NCBI GenBank assembly: GCA_037447435.1 | Contig: JBBIGR010000022.1 | Coordinates: 1 to 64,000 of the forward strand | Source of the DNA: Fibrobacteria bacterium | GTDB lineage: Bacteria; Fibrobacterota; Chitinivibrionia; Chitinivibrionales; FEN-1185 | Reading direction: 5' to 3' | DNA: 64,000 bases | In this document: piece by piece, positions 27,381 to 35,579 of the stretch | How positions within the stretch are numbered: position 1 is the stretch's first letter | How the letters are laid out: every line of letters begins with the position of its first letter | Notes under the pieces: model-generated | Told to the model about the DNA's origin: nothing | Databases searched by the model: none | Seen by the model: the letters and a program-made list of their open reading frames with translations, nothing else | Translations under genes and position numbers: made by a program

Positions 27381-27902
27381 TTATCCTTTGAAATTTCTTC
27401 GGATTTCTTCTTTTATCCGGGACAATTGAGTCCGTAAAGTCCCTTCATTTTTTTGCGTGATATTCGAAAGTTCGGCATAAGACAAGTCCAATAATTCTCT
27501 CCCTGCCAAAAGGAACCGTTCTTCTTTGTTTAAACCGGCCAGAATCCTTTCCACATCCTCTTTTGCGTCGACGGCATCGGTTTGCGATTTTGCTATTCCG
27601 ATTGTGTCATTATATTCTTCATTCATGCTTGCTTTTTTTTGCTTTGTCCGCAAAGTCAGGCACACATTGAAAACGATGCGGTAAATCCATGTTGAAAATG
27701 CCGATTGCCCGCTGAATTTCGACAGACTGTTATGCACCCGAATGAATGTTTCCTGCATTGCCTCCTGTGCTGCTTCATGATTGCCATGCAAAGTTCTATA
27801 AGCAATTTTCCAAACATAGGGTGCGTAAAAGTCGTAAACGCGTTTGAATGCCCTATGGTCTTTTTTCGCATGTGCAATGCTTAAATCATCTATTTCATTC
27901 AT
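27381..27902 (-). CDS. ECF RNA polymerase sigma factor
   Basis: AFKRVY, QETFIRV...L.KF...SAFSTWIYRI..N, LSYAELS...GTLRTQLSR. Confidence 0.93.
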   Translation of the reverse strand: MNEIDDLSIAHAKKDHRAFKRVYDFYAPYVWKIAYRTLHGNHEAAQEAMQETFIRVHNSLSKFSGQSAFSTWIYRIVFNVCLTLRTKQKKASMNEEYNDTIGIAKSQTDAVDAKEDVERILAGLNKEERFLLAGRELLDLSYAELSNITQKNEGTLRTQLSRIKEEIRRNFKG

Positions 27903-27913
27903 GCTTTATCCTA

Positions 27914-27943
27914 TTAGACATGCAAAATACCCATTATGTTACA
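27914..27943 (-). promoter_or_regulatory. Putative autoregulatory ECF promoter
   Basis: Minus strand TGTAAC-N17-TGTCTAA, matching the general ECF AAC/GTC pattern, just upstream of the sigma ATG. Confidence 0.5.
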
Positions 27944-28055
27944 ATGTGGTACAATTTATTTTTCAATTGTTTTGCATGACAAAATCATTGTAATTATTGT
28001 TTAAAAATAGTGAATCCAGGCTATTTTTGCCACATGGGAAAAGAAAGGACCTTCC

Positions 28056-28514
28056 GTGACACAAGGTGATGATGCGATCATTATAGGCGCAGACCATGCC
28101 GGTTTCAGGCTTAAGGAACATATAAAAAGGGAGCTTGAAAAAGCAAATATCCCGTTTGAGGATGTCGGTGTTTTCAATGAAGAGCGAAGCGATTATCCGG
28201 TGTATGTTGCCCGCGCGGCAAGCAAGGTATCGAGCGGGCTATTTAAGCGAGGCATTGTTTTATGCGGCTCGGGGATAGGGGCATCGATTGTGGCAAACAG
28301 GTTCAAAAAGGTCAGGGCCGCCCTTTGCGTTACGCCGGAAATGGCAAAAATGTCTCGTTCCCATAATGATGCAAACGTGCTGGTGTTGGGACAACGGATT
28401 ACCACAGAGGACACAGCATCCGAAATATTGAAATTATGGCTTACCACTCAGTTTGAAGGCGGAAGGCATAGCGGCCGCATAAACATGATAGACACTGTTG
28501 ACGGATCGCAGTAA
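28056..28514 (+). CDS. rpiB: Ribose-5-phosphate isomerase B
   Basis: GADHAG, DYP, CGSGIG, RSHNDANVL.LG.R, FEGGRH..R. Confidence 0.95.
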   Translation: MTQGDDAIIIGADHAGFRLKEHIKRELEKANIPFEDVGVFNEERSDYPVYVARAASKVSSGLFKRGIVLCGSGIGASIVANRFKKVRAALCVTPEMAKMSRSHNDANVLVLGQRITTEDTASEILKLWLTTQFEGGRHSGRINMIDTVDGSQ

Positions 28515-28536
28515 ACAGATAAAAGGAGCCGATGCG

Positions 28537-29007
28537 ATGAATAAGAAAAAGAAATTGTCCCCCCCGTTAAAACGAAAACGCGCACCATGGGACGAATATT
28601 TCATGAAAATCGCATTACAAGTAGCAACCAGATCCACGTGCGACCGCAAGAACGTCGGGGCAGTAATCGTCCGCGATAAGACTATTTTGTCAACCGGTTA
28701 CAACGGCAGCGTCCGCGGCATGCCGCATTGCGACGATGTCGGGCATTTTATGGAAACCGGGCATTGCATTGCCACCGTTCATGCGGAAGCCAATGCGATA
28801 ATACAAGCTGCGAAAAACGGCGTCGCCATCGACGGGGCCGACATCTACATCACCGCATCGCCTTGTTGGCATTGCTTTAAGTTAATTGCAAACAGCGGTA
28901 TTAAAAGGGTCTTTTATTACGAATTTTATAGGGATACGCATGTGATTGAGGTCGCCGGACAAGCCGGGATTGAATTAAAACAGGTAAGCTTAAAGATTAA
29001 AGATTAA
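28537..29007 (+). CDS. dCMP deaminase / ComEB-family protein
   Basis: WDEYFM, RSTC...VGAV, GYNG, HAEANA, SPC..C; start at ATG 28537 (AAGGAG RBS). Confidence 0.9.
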   Translation: MNKKKKLSPPLKRKRAPWDEYFMKIALQVATRSTCDRKNVGAVIVRDKTILSTGYNGSVRGMPHCDDVGHFMETGHCIATVHAEANAIIQAAKNGVAIDGADIYITASPCWHCFKLIANSGIKRVFYYEFYRDTHVIEVAGQAGIELKQVSLKIKD

Positions 29008-29040
29008 AGATTTCCCAATTTTTAATTTGCACTCTTCAAT

Positions 29041-29886
29041 TTATATTTCCCTCGCAAGCAATTCGAGCCTTCGTATGCGTTCTTCCATTGGCGGATGAGT
29101 CGAAAAAAGGCCCATAAGCCCGCCTTTGAATGGATTAACGATAAACAAATGAGCGGTTGACGGATTGCCGCCTTGCATGGGTATCATTTTAACGGCATTA
29201 TCCAGCTTGCCGAGTGCATGAGCAAGGGAGAGCGGTTTTTCGCATATTCTTGCACCGAGTTCGTCGGCGGCATATTCACGGGACCGGGAAATCGCAAGTT
29301 GAACAATCATTGCGGCAATCGGCGCAATAATCGCCATTGCCAAGGCGCCGAGCATACCGCCGCGTTCGTCATCGTCCCTGCCGCCGCCGAACATGGCTCC
29401 CCATTGCAACATATTACCGATCATGCTAATTGCCCCTGCAATTGTTGCGGCAATGCTTGCAATAAGAATGTCACGGTTTTTCACATGCGCAAGTTCGTGT
29501 GCCATAACGCCGGTAAGTTCATCTTCACTTAAAATTTGCAGGATTCCCGTTGTTGCGGCGACCGAGGCATGACTGGGATTGCGTCCGGTTGCAAAAGCGT
29601 TTGGGGTAGGGTTTTCGATGATATAAACCTTGGGCATTGGAATAGACGCTTTTTCCGCAAGACGTTGTACGACCCGGTAAAGCATTGGCGCATCGGTTTC
29701 TTCGATCGGCTTTGCCCGATACATCATCAGAACCAGTTTATCGGAGAACCAATACGAGAAAAAGTTCATGACTGCGGCAAGGATAAAAAAAGTAATTGCA
29801 CCATGAGTTCCGCCGACAAATTGTCCTAACAACACAAAGATACACGTCAATAGTCCAAGTAAAAGAGCGGTTCGTGCAAAATTCAT
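29041..29886 (-). CDS. htpX: Zinc metalloprotease HtpX
   Basis: [29 protein letters not shown]. Confidence 0.95.
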   Translation of the reverse strand: MNFARTALLLGLLTCIFVLLGQFVGGTHGAITFFILAAVMNFFSYWFSDKLVLMMYRAKPIEETDAPMLYRVVQRLAEKASIPMPKVYIIENPTPNAFATGRNPSHASVAATTGILQILSEDELTGVMAHELAHVKNRDILIASIAATIAGAISMIGNMLQWGAMFGGGRDDDERGGMLGALAMAIIAPIAAMIVQLAISRSREYAADELGARICEKPLSLAHALGKLDNAVKMIPMQGGNPSTAHLFIVNPFKGGLMGLFSTHPPMEERIRRLELLAREI

Positions 29887-30122
29887 TGTAACTCCCTGTT
29901 TCTCTGCTATTCCGACACTATTTTCGTAAAATACCTAAAACACCGGTTCAACCAGATATTACGGAACCGGAAATAATTTATTCCATAAAAATATACCTCT
30001 TTGCAAGGAATTATGTCATGAAACAAATCTTTAGTTTTTTCATTTACATATAGTTGCAAAGCTTTGAAACAACCACCTATATTTTCAAGTGAAACGATTA
30101 AATTGTTCAAAATGGGGGCTGA

Positions 30123-31016
30123 ATGAATATTTCTATTGCAGTTGTGCCTGTTGCAGGCTTGGGAACCAGGCTGTTGCCTGCGACAAAATCCCAGCCCAAG
30201 GAAATGCTTCCGGTCGGCAAAAAACCTGTTGTTCAATATGTTGTTGAAGAGCTGACGAACATGGGAATGAAGCGGGTCTTGTTTATAACTGGGCCTGGGA
30301 AAACCTCCATTGAAAATCATTTTGATCTCAACGACGAGCTGATACAGGTACTCCGGGAAAGCGGCAAAGAAGAATTGCTTGAGGAATTGGCATATGAACG
30401 CGCGCCGTTGCAATATTTTTATACAAGGCAGCGCCAGCTTCTCGGATTAGGCCATGCAATCCTTTGCGCAAAACCGTTTGTGGGAAAAGAGCCGTTTGTG
30501 GTGGCGCTGGGCGATTCCATCATCGGCATGAATGCACAAAGCGATATCGTTAAGCGAATGATGAAGTGCTTTACCGAAAAGAATGCCGCTGCGGTAATCG
30601 CTTTTGAAAAAGTGCCGCTTTCCGAAGTACACCGATACGGAATTGCTAAACCTAAAAAAGACAACGACGTATTTGAAATAGAAGATCTCATCGAAAAACC
30701 TTCTAGATCCGAAGCCCCGAGCAATTTGGCCATTGCCGCACGGTATGTTTTTTCGCCCGCAATTTTCGAGGCCATTCAAAACACCAAACAGGGCAAGGGC
30801 AATGAGATACAAATTACCGACGCGATACGATTGCTCATCAAGGACGGACGGAAAGTATTTGGCGTCAAATTGCAGGACCATGAACGCAGATACGACATCG
30901 GGAATTTTCAGGCCTATTTCCGCGCATTCGTCGAATTCGCATTGGCCGATGAGAAGCAAGGGCCGCAGTTCCGCGATTATCTTGAATCTCTTCTTGCCAA
31001 GAAGACCAAACGGTAA
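30123..31016 (+). CDS. galU: UTP:sugar-1-phosphate uridylyltransferase (GalU family)
   Basis: PVAGLGTRLLPATKSQPKEMLP, Q..LGLGHA, IEKP, EIQITDA, RYDIG. Confidence 0.85.
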   Translation: MNISIAVVPVAGLGTRLLPATKSQPKEMLPVGKKPVVQYVVEELTNMGMKRVLFITGPGKTSIENHFDLNDELIQVLRESGKEELLEELAYERAPLQYFYTRQRQLLGLGHAILCAKPFVGKEPFVVALGDSIIGMNAQSDIVKRMMKCFTEKNAAAVIAFEKVPLSEVHRYGIAKPKKDNDVFEIEDLIEKPSRSEAPSNLAIAARYVFSPAIFEAIQNTKQGKGNEIQITDAIRLLIKDGRKVFGVKLQDHERRYDIGNFQAYFRAFVEFALADEKQGPQFRDYLESLLAKKTKR

Positions 31017-31024
31017 GCCGCACC

Positions 31025-32032
31025 ATGATCATCATAAAAAAACAATGTTTTGCCCGGGCTGGAGTGGTCGGCAATCCTTCCGATGGATACAATGGGAAAA
31101 CCATATCCGTTATCGTACGAAATTTTTGCGCAGAGGTTGTACTTTATGAATGGGATCATCTCGATATAGTGCTGACCGAAGACGACCGGGCGCGATTTGA
31201 ATCGGTTTTCGATTTGGCCAAAGACGTGAAACTGCACGGGTATTACGGCGGCATTCGTCTTATTAAAGCGACGATAAAACACTTTGTCGAATATTGCCTG
31301 GTGCATGATCAAAAACTTCACGACCGTAATTTTTCGATACGATACCATTCCACGGTGCCGCGCCAGGTCGGACTAGCCGGTTCGAGTTCCATTATCGTTG
31401 CGACGCTTCGGTGTCTCATGGAATTTTACGGTATCGATATTCCCTTAAAAATACAGCCGTCTTTCGTATTATCGGTTGAAAAGGAAGAACTTGGAATAGC
31501 CGCCGGGCTGCAGGACCGGGTCATACAAGTTTATGAAGGACTTGTGTATATGGATTTCGGCAAAAAACAGGAAAAATCCGCTTCGGGTTTCCGATATTAC
31601 AAATATGAACCCTTGGATCCGGGATTGCTGCCGCACATGTATATCGCCTATCACTCCGATTTGAGCGAACCGACCGAAATTTTTCACAATGATTTGCGCA
31701 CGCGTTTTGCCTGCGGGGAAAAAAAAGTGATCGACGCCATGGCCCATTTCGCACATCTTGCGGATTTGGGACGAAACGCATTGCTTGATCGCAATTATAA
31801 ACGCCTTGGCGAACTGATCGATGAAAATTTTGATACCCGAAAAAGTATTTGTACTTTGCCGCAATGGCAGGTAGCAATGGTAGAAACCGCAAGAAAATGC
31901 GGGGCAACGTCCCATTTTACCGGATCGGGCGGGGCGATATTGGGCACGTATAAGAACGAGGCTCAGTATAAAAGACTTTGTAAAGCGCTTGACGAAATCG
32001 GATCAAAGGTCCAGAAATTGCGGGTACTGTGA
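31025..32032 (+). CDS. GHMP kinase, glucuronokinase-like
   Basis: AR.G..GNPSDGYNGKTIS, GYYGG.RL, PRQVGLAGSS, E..ELGI.AGLQDRV.QVY.GLVYMDF, FTGSGGA; recalled as the plant glucuronokinase pattern. Confidence 0.8.
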   Translation: MIIIKKQCFARAGVVGNPSDGYNGKTISVIVRNFCAEVVLYEWDHLDIVLTEDDRARFESVFDLAKDVKLHGYYGGIRLIKATIKHFVEYCLVHDQKLHDRNFSIRYHSTVPRQVGLAGSSSIIVATLRCLMEFYGIDIPLKIQPSFVLSVEKEELGIAAGLQDRVIQVYEGLVYMDFGKKQEKSASGFRYYKYEPLDPGLLPHMYIAYHSDLSEPTEIFHNDLRTRFACGEKKVIDAMAHFAHLADLGRNALLDRNYKRLGELIDENFDTRKSICTLPQWQVAMVETARKCGATSHFTGSGGAILGTYKNEAQYKRLCKALDEIGSKVQKLRVL

Positions 32033-32062
32033 CGATTTTAATAAATGTATTACCGCAATTTC

Positions 32063-32407
32063 TCATTCCGGGCGCAATCCGGAATATTTCGTAACCCATT
32101 CGCCGTTATTGCCTCGCATTTCGACACGAACAATTCCCTGATGCTCCCACCATACGAGGTCTTTCTCGTCGGTATAGCGTACGCCCGAGGCCGATACTGA
32201 TCTGGGCAGCGTATATTCCCGGCTGTCGGGCAACTTTATTTTAATGAAATACAAGCTGCTGTCGGACAAATGCCCGTACGTAACCGTAAACCGGTCGCCT
32301 GTGCCGTTAGTGTAATAAGCCGGTTGACTTGTAACTACGCCGAACCTGGGTTGAGCATGACACGCATGCGCGGTTATCAGAAGAAGTACAAAAAAAAAGT
32401 TTCTCAT
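32063..32407 (-). CDS. MliC/PliC-family lysozyme inhibitor
   Basis: Signal peptide; LPRSVSASGVRY and WWEHQG motifs. Confidence 0.8.
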   Translation of the reverse strand: MRNFFFVLLLITAHACHAQPRFGVVTSQPAYYTNGTGDRFTVTYGHLSDSSLYFIKIKLPDSREYTLPRSVSASGVRYTDEKDLVWWEHQGIVRVEMRGNNGEWVTKYSGLRPE

Positions 32408-32471
32408 TATTGCAGATCCTTTGTTTGGGTCTCCTTCTAATTTAACTGACGCGCCTTGGCCGGGCTTAGAA

Positions 32472-34739
32472 TTACGGATAGGTTGTCACTCGCGCCACCT
32501 GTGCCGTATTGGGGCCCACCGCATTGCCGTTTCCATTGACAATATGCGTAACCGTTCCCTGGTTCCCGCCAAGGGTGACCGTCAGCAGATTTCGCATCTT
32601 AATTCCCGGTGCGTTTGCCGGGACTTCGAATCCATTGTCAAGTACTACCGCAGCCCGGTTGAAAAACGCATAAGCGCCCAGGCCCCACCCTTCAAAGGAT
32701 GTTACGGTATTTGCGACCTTATAAGACGCAAACCCGTTGATGCTTCCGTTTTTCCACGAGGCCTGATCGGGTACGTCGTAGGGGAATTCGCATTGGTAAA
32801 AATAACAACGCCCATTGTTGCCGTTCCAGACGGTTTGATATCCCTGCGTATGCTCGACAAATAATCCGTACAGGGTGACATTGTTGCCGTTGACAATGAG
32901 ACCGTTGACGTTCTTGTTGGACGTCCAACCGACGCCGGTACCGTGGTCGGCACGCCAGAGCCAGAAATGATCGCCGATGACATTATTGCTGTTTATGGTC
33001 AGCATGCAGGTAGCCTGTCCGCTGAACTGTCCGCCCACTCTGGCAAAAATATCCCATAAGCTCGAAGGGTCGCTCGAATGGTCTTTTGTACTTCCTTGCT
33101 CGCCCATCACAATGAGGTTAGCCGAATTGTTCGCCGACGCATCGACTATGAATCCTCCGATTTTAAGGCCGTCGACATCCGAAGCTTCGAGAGCCGGTGT
33201 GCCGTTTTGCGGGACAAGCGACGGCATGCCTATGCCCAGAACAATGGTACCGGGACGGATGACTTTTATGCTTGCGTCAAGATTATAAATACCGGGAGTA
33301 AGGAGCAGGTTCTTTCCCGAGGCGAGTGCGGCATTGATGCTTGTCGCATTGTCGGTGCCGGCACGGGTTATAAAAAACTGGTCTATGGGCACCGATGTTC
33401 CGGCAATGGCTGGGTTTGCCCAGCTAATCCCGACGCTGCTGTCTGCATGAAAGGGAGGCACCAAAACGTTGTAAGACCCGCTATTGTCAACATATAAAAA
33501 CGGTTTTTCGCGGATCGTCGGTGTTTTTTGTATAACGGTTATCGGTTGCGAGGGCCATGATCCTGAAGGCGGATTTGAGTTGCCCACGAAAACAAAATTC
33601 CACCCGCTGCTTGACCATCCGTTGTATTGGGAATTTCGTGAAAACCACTGTTCCTGCCAGCCATTGATGCTGCCTTCTACTCGGGTGTCTGCGATGAATC
33701 CGCCGCTCCCTGCGCCGGGATTTGGTGCGATGCTGAGGTTGCCCTTGACATGCATGCGTCGCATTGGGCATGCCTGGGACACCGCCCATAAATCGGATCC
33801 GCCCGTAGGCGTTACTGCTATTCCTGCGCATGACCGCCAGAAGTTGCAGGTTGCGTTCCCGCCAGATAAATACGCATCCGACTCGATGCTGCCGGAAATC
33901 TGGACGCTGTCGGGGGTTAGTCCAAGGCCAAGAACTTCGGTGTAGAAACCGAGGAGGACGGAAAGCGCGTAGTGCCCGGGTTTGAAAAGAATGGCGCATC
34001 TGCCGCTTCCGAATTGTGCGCCCTGCTGTTGGCTGTATAACGACGTGAGCTGGCTTTGGATATTCGACATTGACGGGTCGAAAATATAGGTGTTTGCCCC
34101 GAAATTAGGGGCAACAGGCGCGGCCATGGTAATATTCACAATGCCCGTTGGGAAAGAAAGTTGTTCAACATGCGATGCATACCCTTGCATCGTGGCCTGT
34201 ATCCAATCCGGTGCCCCGGTTGTTTTCGCGAGGGTGCTGTTTTGCATAGTATTCGAATGGCCGATTAACGGTTGCATTATCGGCGATAGCGAATTGATTT
34301 TGTATATAGTGTTTTTATCGTTAGTCCGTATTGCCAGCAGGTAGGCACCATGGCCCAAACCTTCCACACCGCAGGGTATTTCCGTTATTCCTTTTCCAAC
34401 CGTTCCCTGATAAATTGTAGAAACGAGAATACCGGAGAGGGAAAAAAGCTTAATTGACATTCTTTGCGAAAACGGCGTGTTTACAATCAATCTTTTATTG
34501 CCATAGGTTATATGGCTTTGAATCGATTGATTGTGACACGGGATAAACGCATTCACTGTACCGGAAAGGTTGTAAGACCCATTTGCATCGGTAGTGGCTT
34601 TTATTTGGGAAACCAACAACTGTACAATGGCGCCGGAAATGGGTTGACCCAGGGAATTGCTGACTTTGCCGGAAATTGAAATGGTTTGCGCGGATATTGC
34701 CATGATGCAAATACCAATGGCCAGCATTGCGTTCTTCAT
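32472..34739 (-). CDS. Secreted GH55-like beta-1,3-glucanase with N-terminal accessory domains
   Basis: FDPSM, LFKPG.Y, GFYT.V.GLG..PD, NFWRS, WAVSQA.PMRR, SGGFIAD, W.WRADHG, FYQCE.PYD; start ATG 34739 with GGAGG RBS. Confidence 0.85.
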   Translation of the reverse strand: MKNAMLAIGICIMAISAQTISISGKVSNSLGQPISGAIVQLLVSQIKATTDANGSYNLSGTVNAFIPCHNQSIQSHITYGNKRLIVNTPFSQRMSIKLFSLSGILVSTIYQGTVGKGITEIPCGVEGLGHGAYLLAIRTNDKNTIYKINSLSPIMQPLIGHSNTMQNSTLAKTTGAPDWIQATMQGYASHVEQLSFPTGIVNITMAAPVAPNFGANTYIFDPSMSNIQSQLTSLYSQQQGAQFGSGRCAILFKPGHYALSVLLGFYTEVLGLGLTPDSVQISGSIESDAYLSGGNATCNFWRSCAGIAVTPTGGSDLWAVSQACPMRRMHVKGNLSIAPNPGAGSGGFIADTRVEGSINGWQEQWFSRNSQYNGWSSSGWNFVFVGNSNPPSGSWPSQPITVIQKTPTIREKPFLYVDNSGSYNVLVPPFHADSSVGISWANPAIAGTSVPIDQFFITRAGTDNATSINAALASGKNLLLTPGIYNLDASIKVIRPGTIVLGIGMPSLVPQNGTPALEASDVDGLKIGGFIVDASANNSANLIVMGEQGSTKDHSSDPSSLWDIFARVGGQFSGQATCMLTINSNNVIGDHFWLWRADHGTGVGWTSNKNVNGLIVNGNNVTLYGLFVEHTQGYQTVWNGNNGRCYFYQCEFPYDVPDQASWKNGSINGFASYKVANTVTSFEGWGLGAYAFFNRAAVVLDNGFEVPANAPGIKMRNLLTVTLGGNQGTVTHIVNGNGNAVGPNTAQVARVTTYP

Positions 34740-34965
34740 TGAAACCTCCAATAAATATGGACCGGGTCCCCACGTTTATAATAAGGTGAACTGATTTTTT
34801 TTGCAGGAATATGGGGGGAGAAAAGGATAATTCCGTGGAACCTTGGTTCCACAAAACCGGAAAAATTCAATTGTGAAATATTTATCAAATTATACAAAAA
34901 AGACTTGGAAAACAAAATGTTGATTAGTATACTATTTTTAATCAAGTTTAAAGAAAGGATTAAGG

Positions 34966-35442
34966 ATGTTAAAAAAAATGGCGTTTTTCATGCTATTCGT
35001 TGTCGTTCTTGTTAAAGCCGAAGATAATAATTGTCAATTTGCAATCGGCCTACAAAGCAAAAATTATTTCGATGTGTATGCAAACCCCTATGTTTTTGCG
35101 ATACGAAAGGACCTGACCACGTATTTGCATGAAGCTTCATGGCGGGCCAGTCTCAAGATGCAGCACATTGCATTTAAAGATCCTCTTGTCCAGGATACGA
35201 CCTGCCTTGCATACTATGCCGATTCCTTTTCGGTCATTCATATTGCGCCGGGAGATTCCGGCTGTTGGGTTGGGAAAATAATTTTTAAACACAGACCCGA
35301 TAAAATCTTCACCGTATGCGTTAAAAGACTAGACGAAGGCGAGTATCGGCTCCGATTAATCGAACCGGCTCAATATTCCCAAAAAGAAATAGCGTTCCTA
35401 TTGAAAAAATCCGGCAAGCGTTTGTTCGAAAAATCCTTGTAA
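34966..35442 (+). CDS. Secreted hypothetical protein
   Basis: AAGGA RBS, signal peptide MLKKMAFFMLFVVVLVKA. Confidence 0.65.
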   Translation: MLKKMAFFMLFVVVLVKAEDNNCQFAIGLQSKNYFDVYANPYVFAIRKDLTTYLHEASWRASLKMQHIAFKDPLVQDTTCLAYYADSFSVIHIAPGDSGCWVGKIIFKHRPDKIFTVCVKRLDEGEYRLRLIEPAQYSQKEIAFLLKKSGKRLFEKSL

Positions 35443-35579
35443 CTACGTGCCGGGTCATTAATCTCGATTTCCCATTATTCCCCACCTAAATCCTTGGGGC
35501 ACTTTACTTCACGCCTATTACTATGATATACTCTGAGGATAGGGCGCATTGTATGTCCTATCCGGATGTTGGGAAATTC

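Noticed and set aside
27917..27944. dif-like site (TTATGTTACAA arm)
   Set aside because: Left arm matches the XerC consensus poorly (6/11); the sequence is better explained as the ECF promoter on the minus strand
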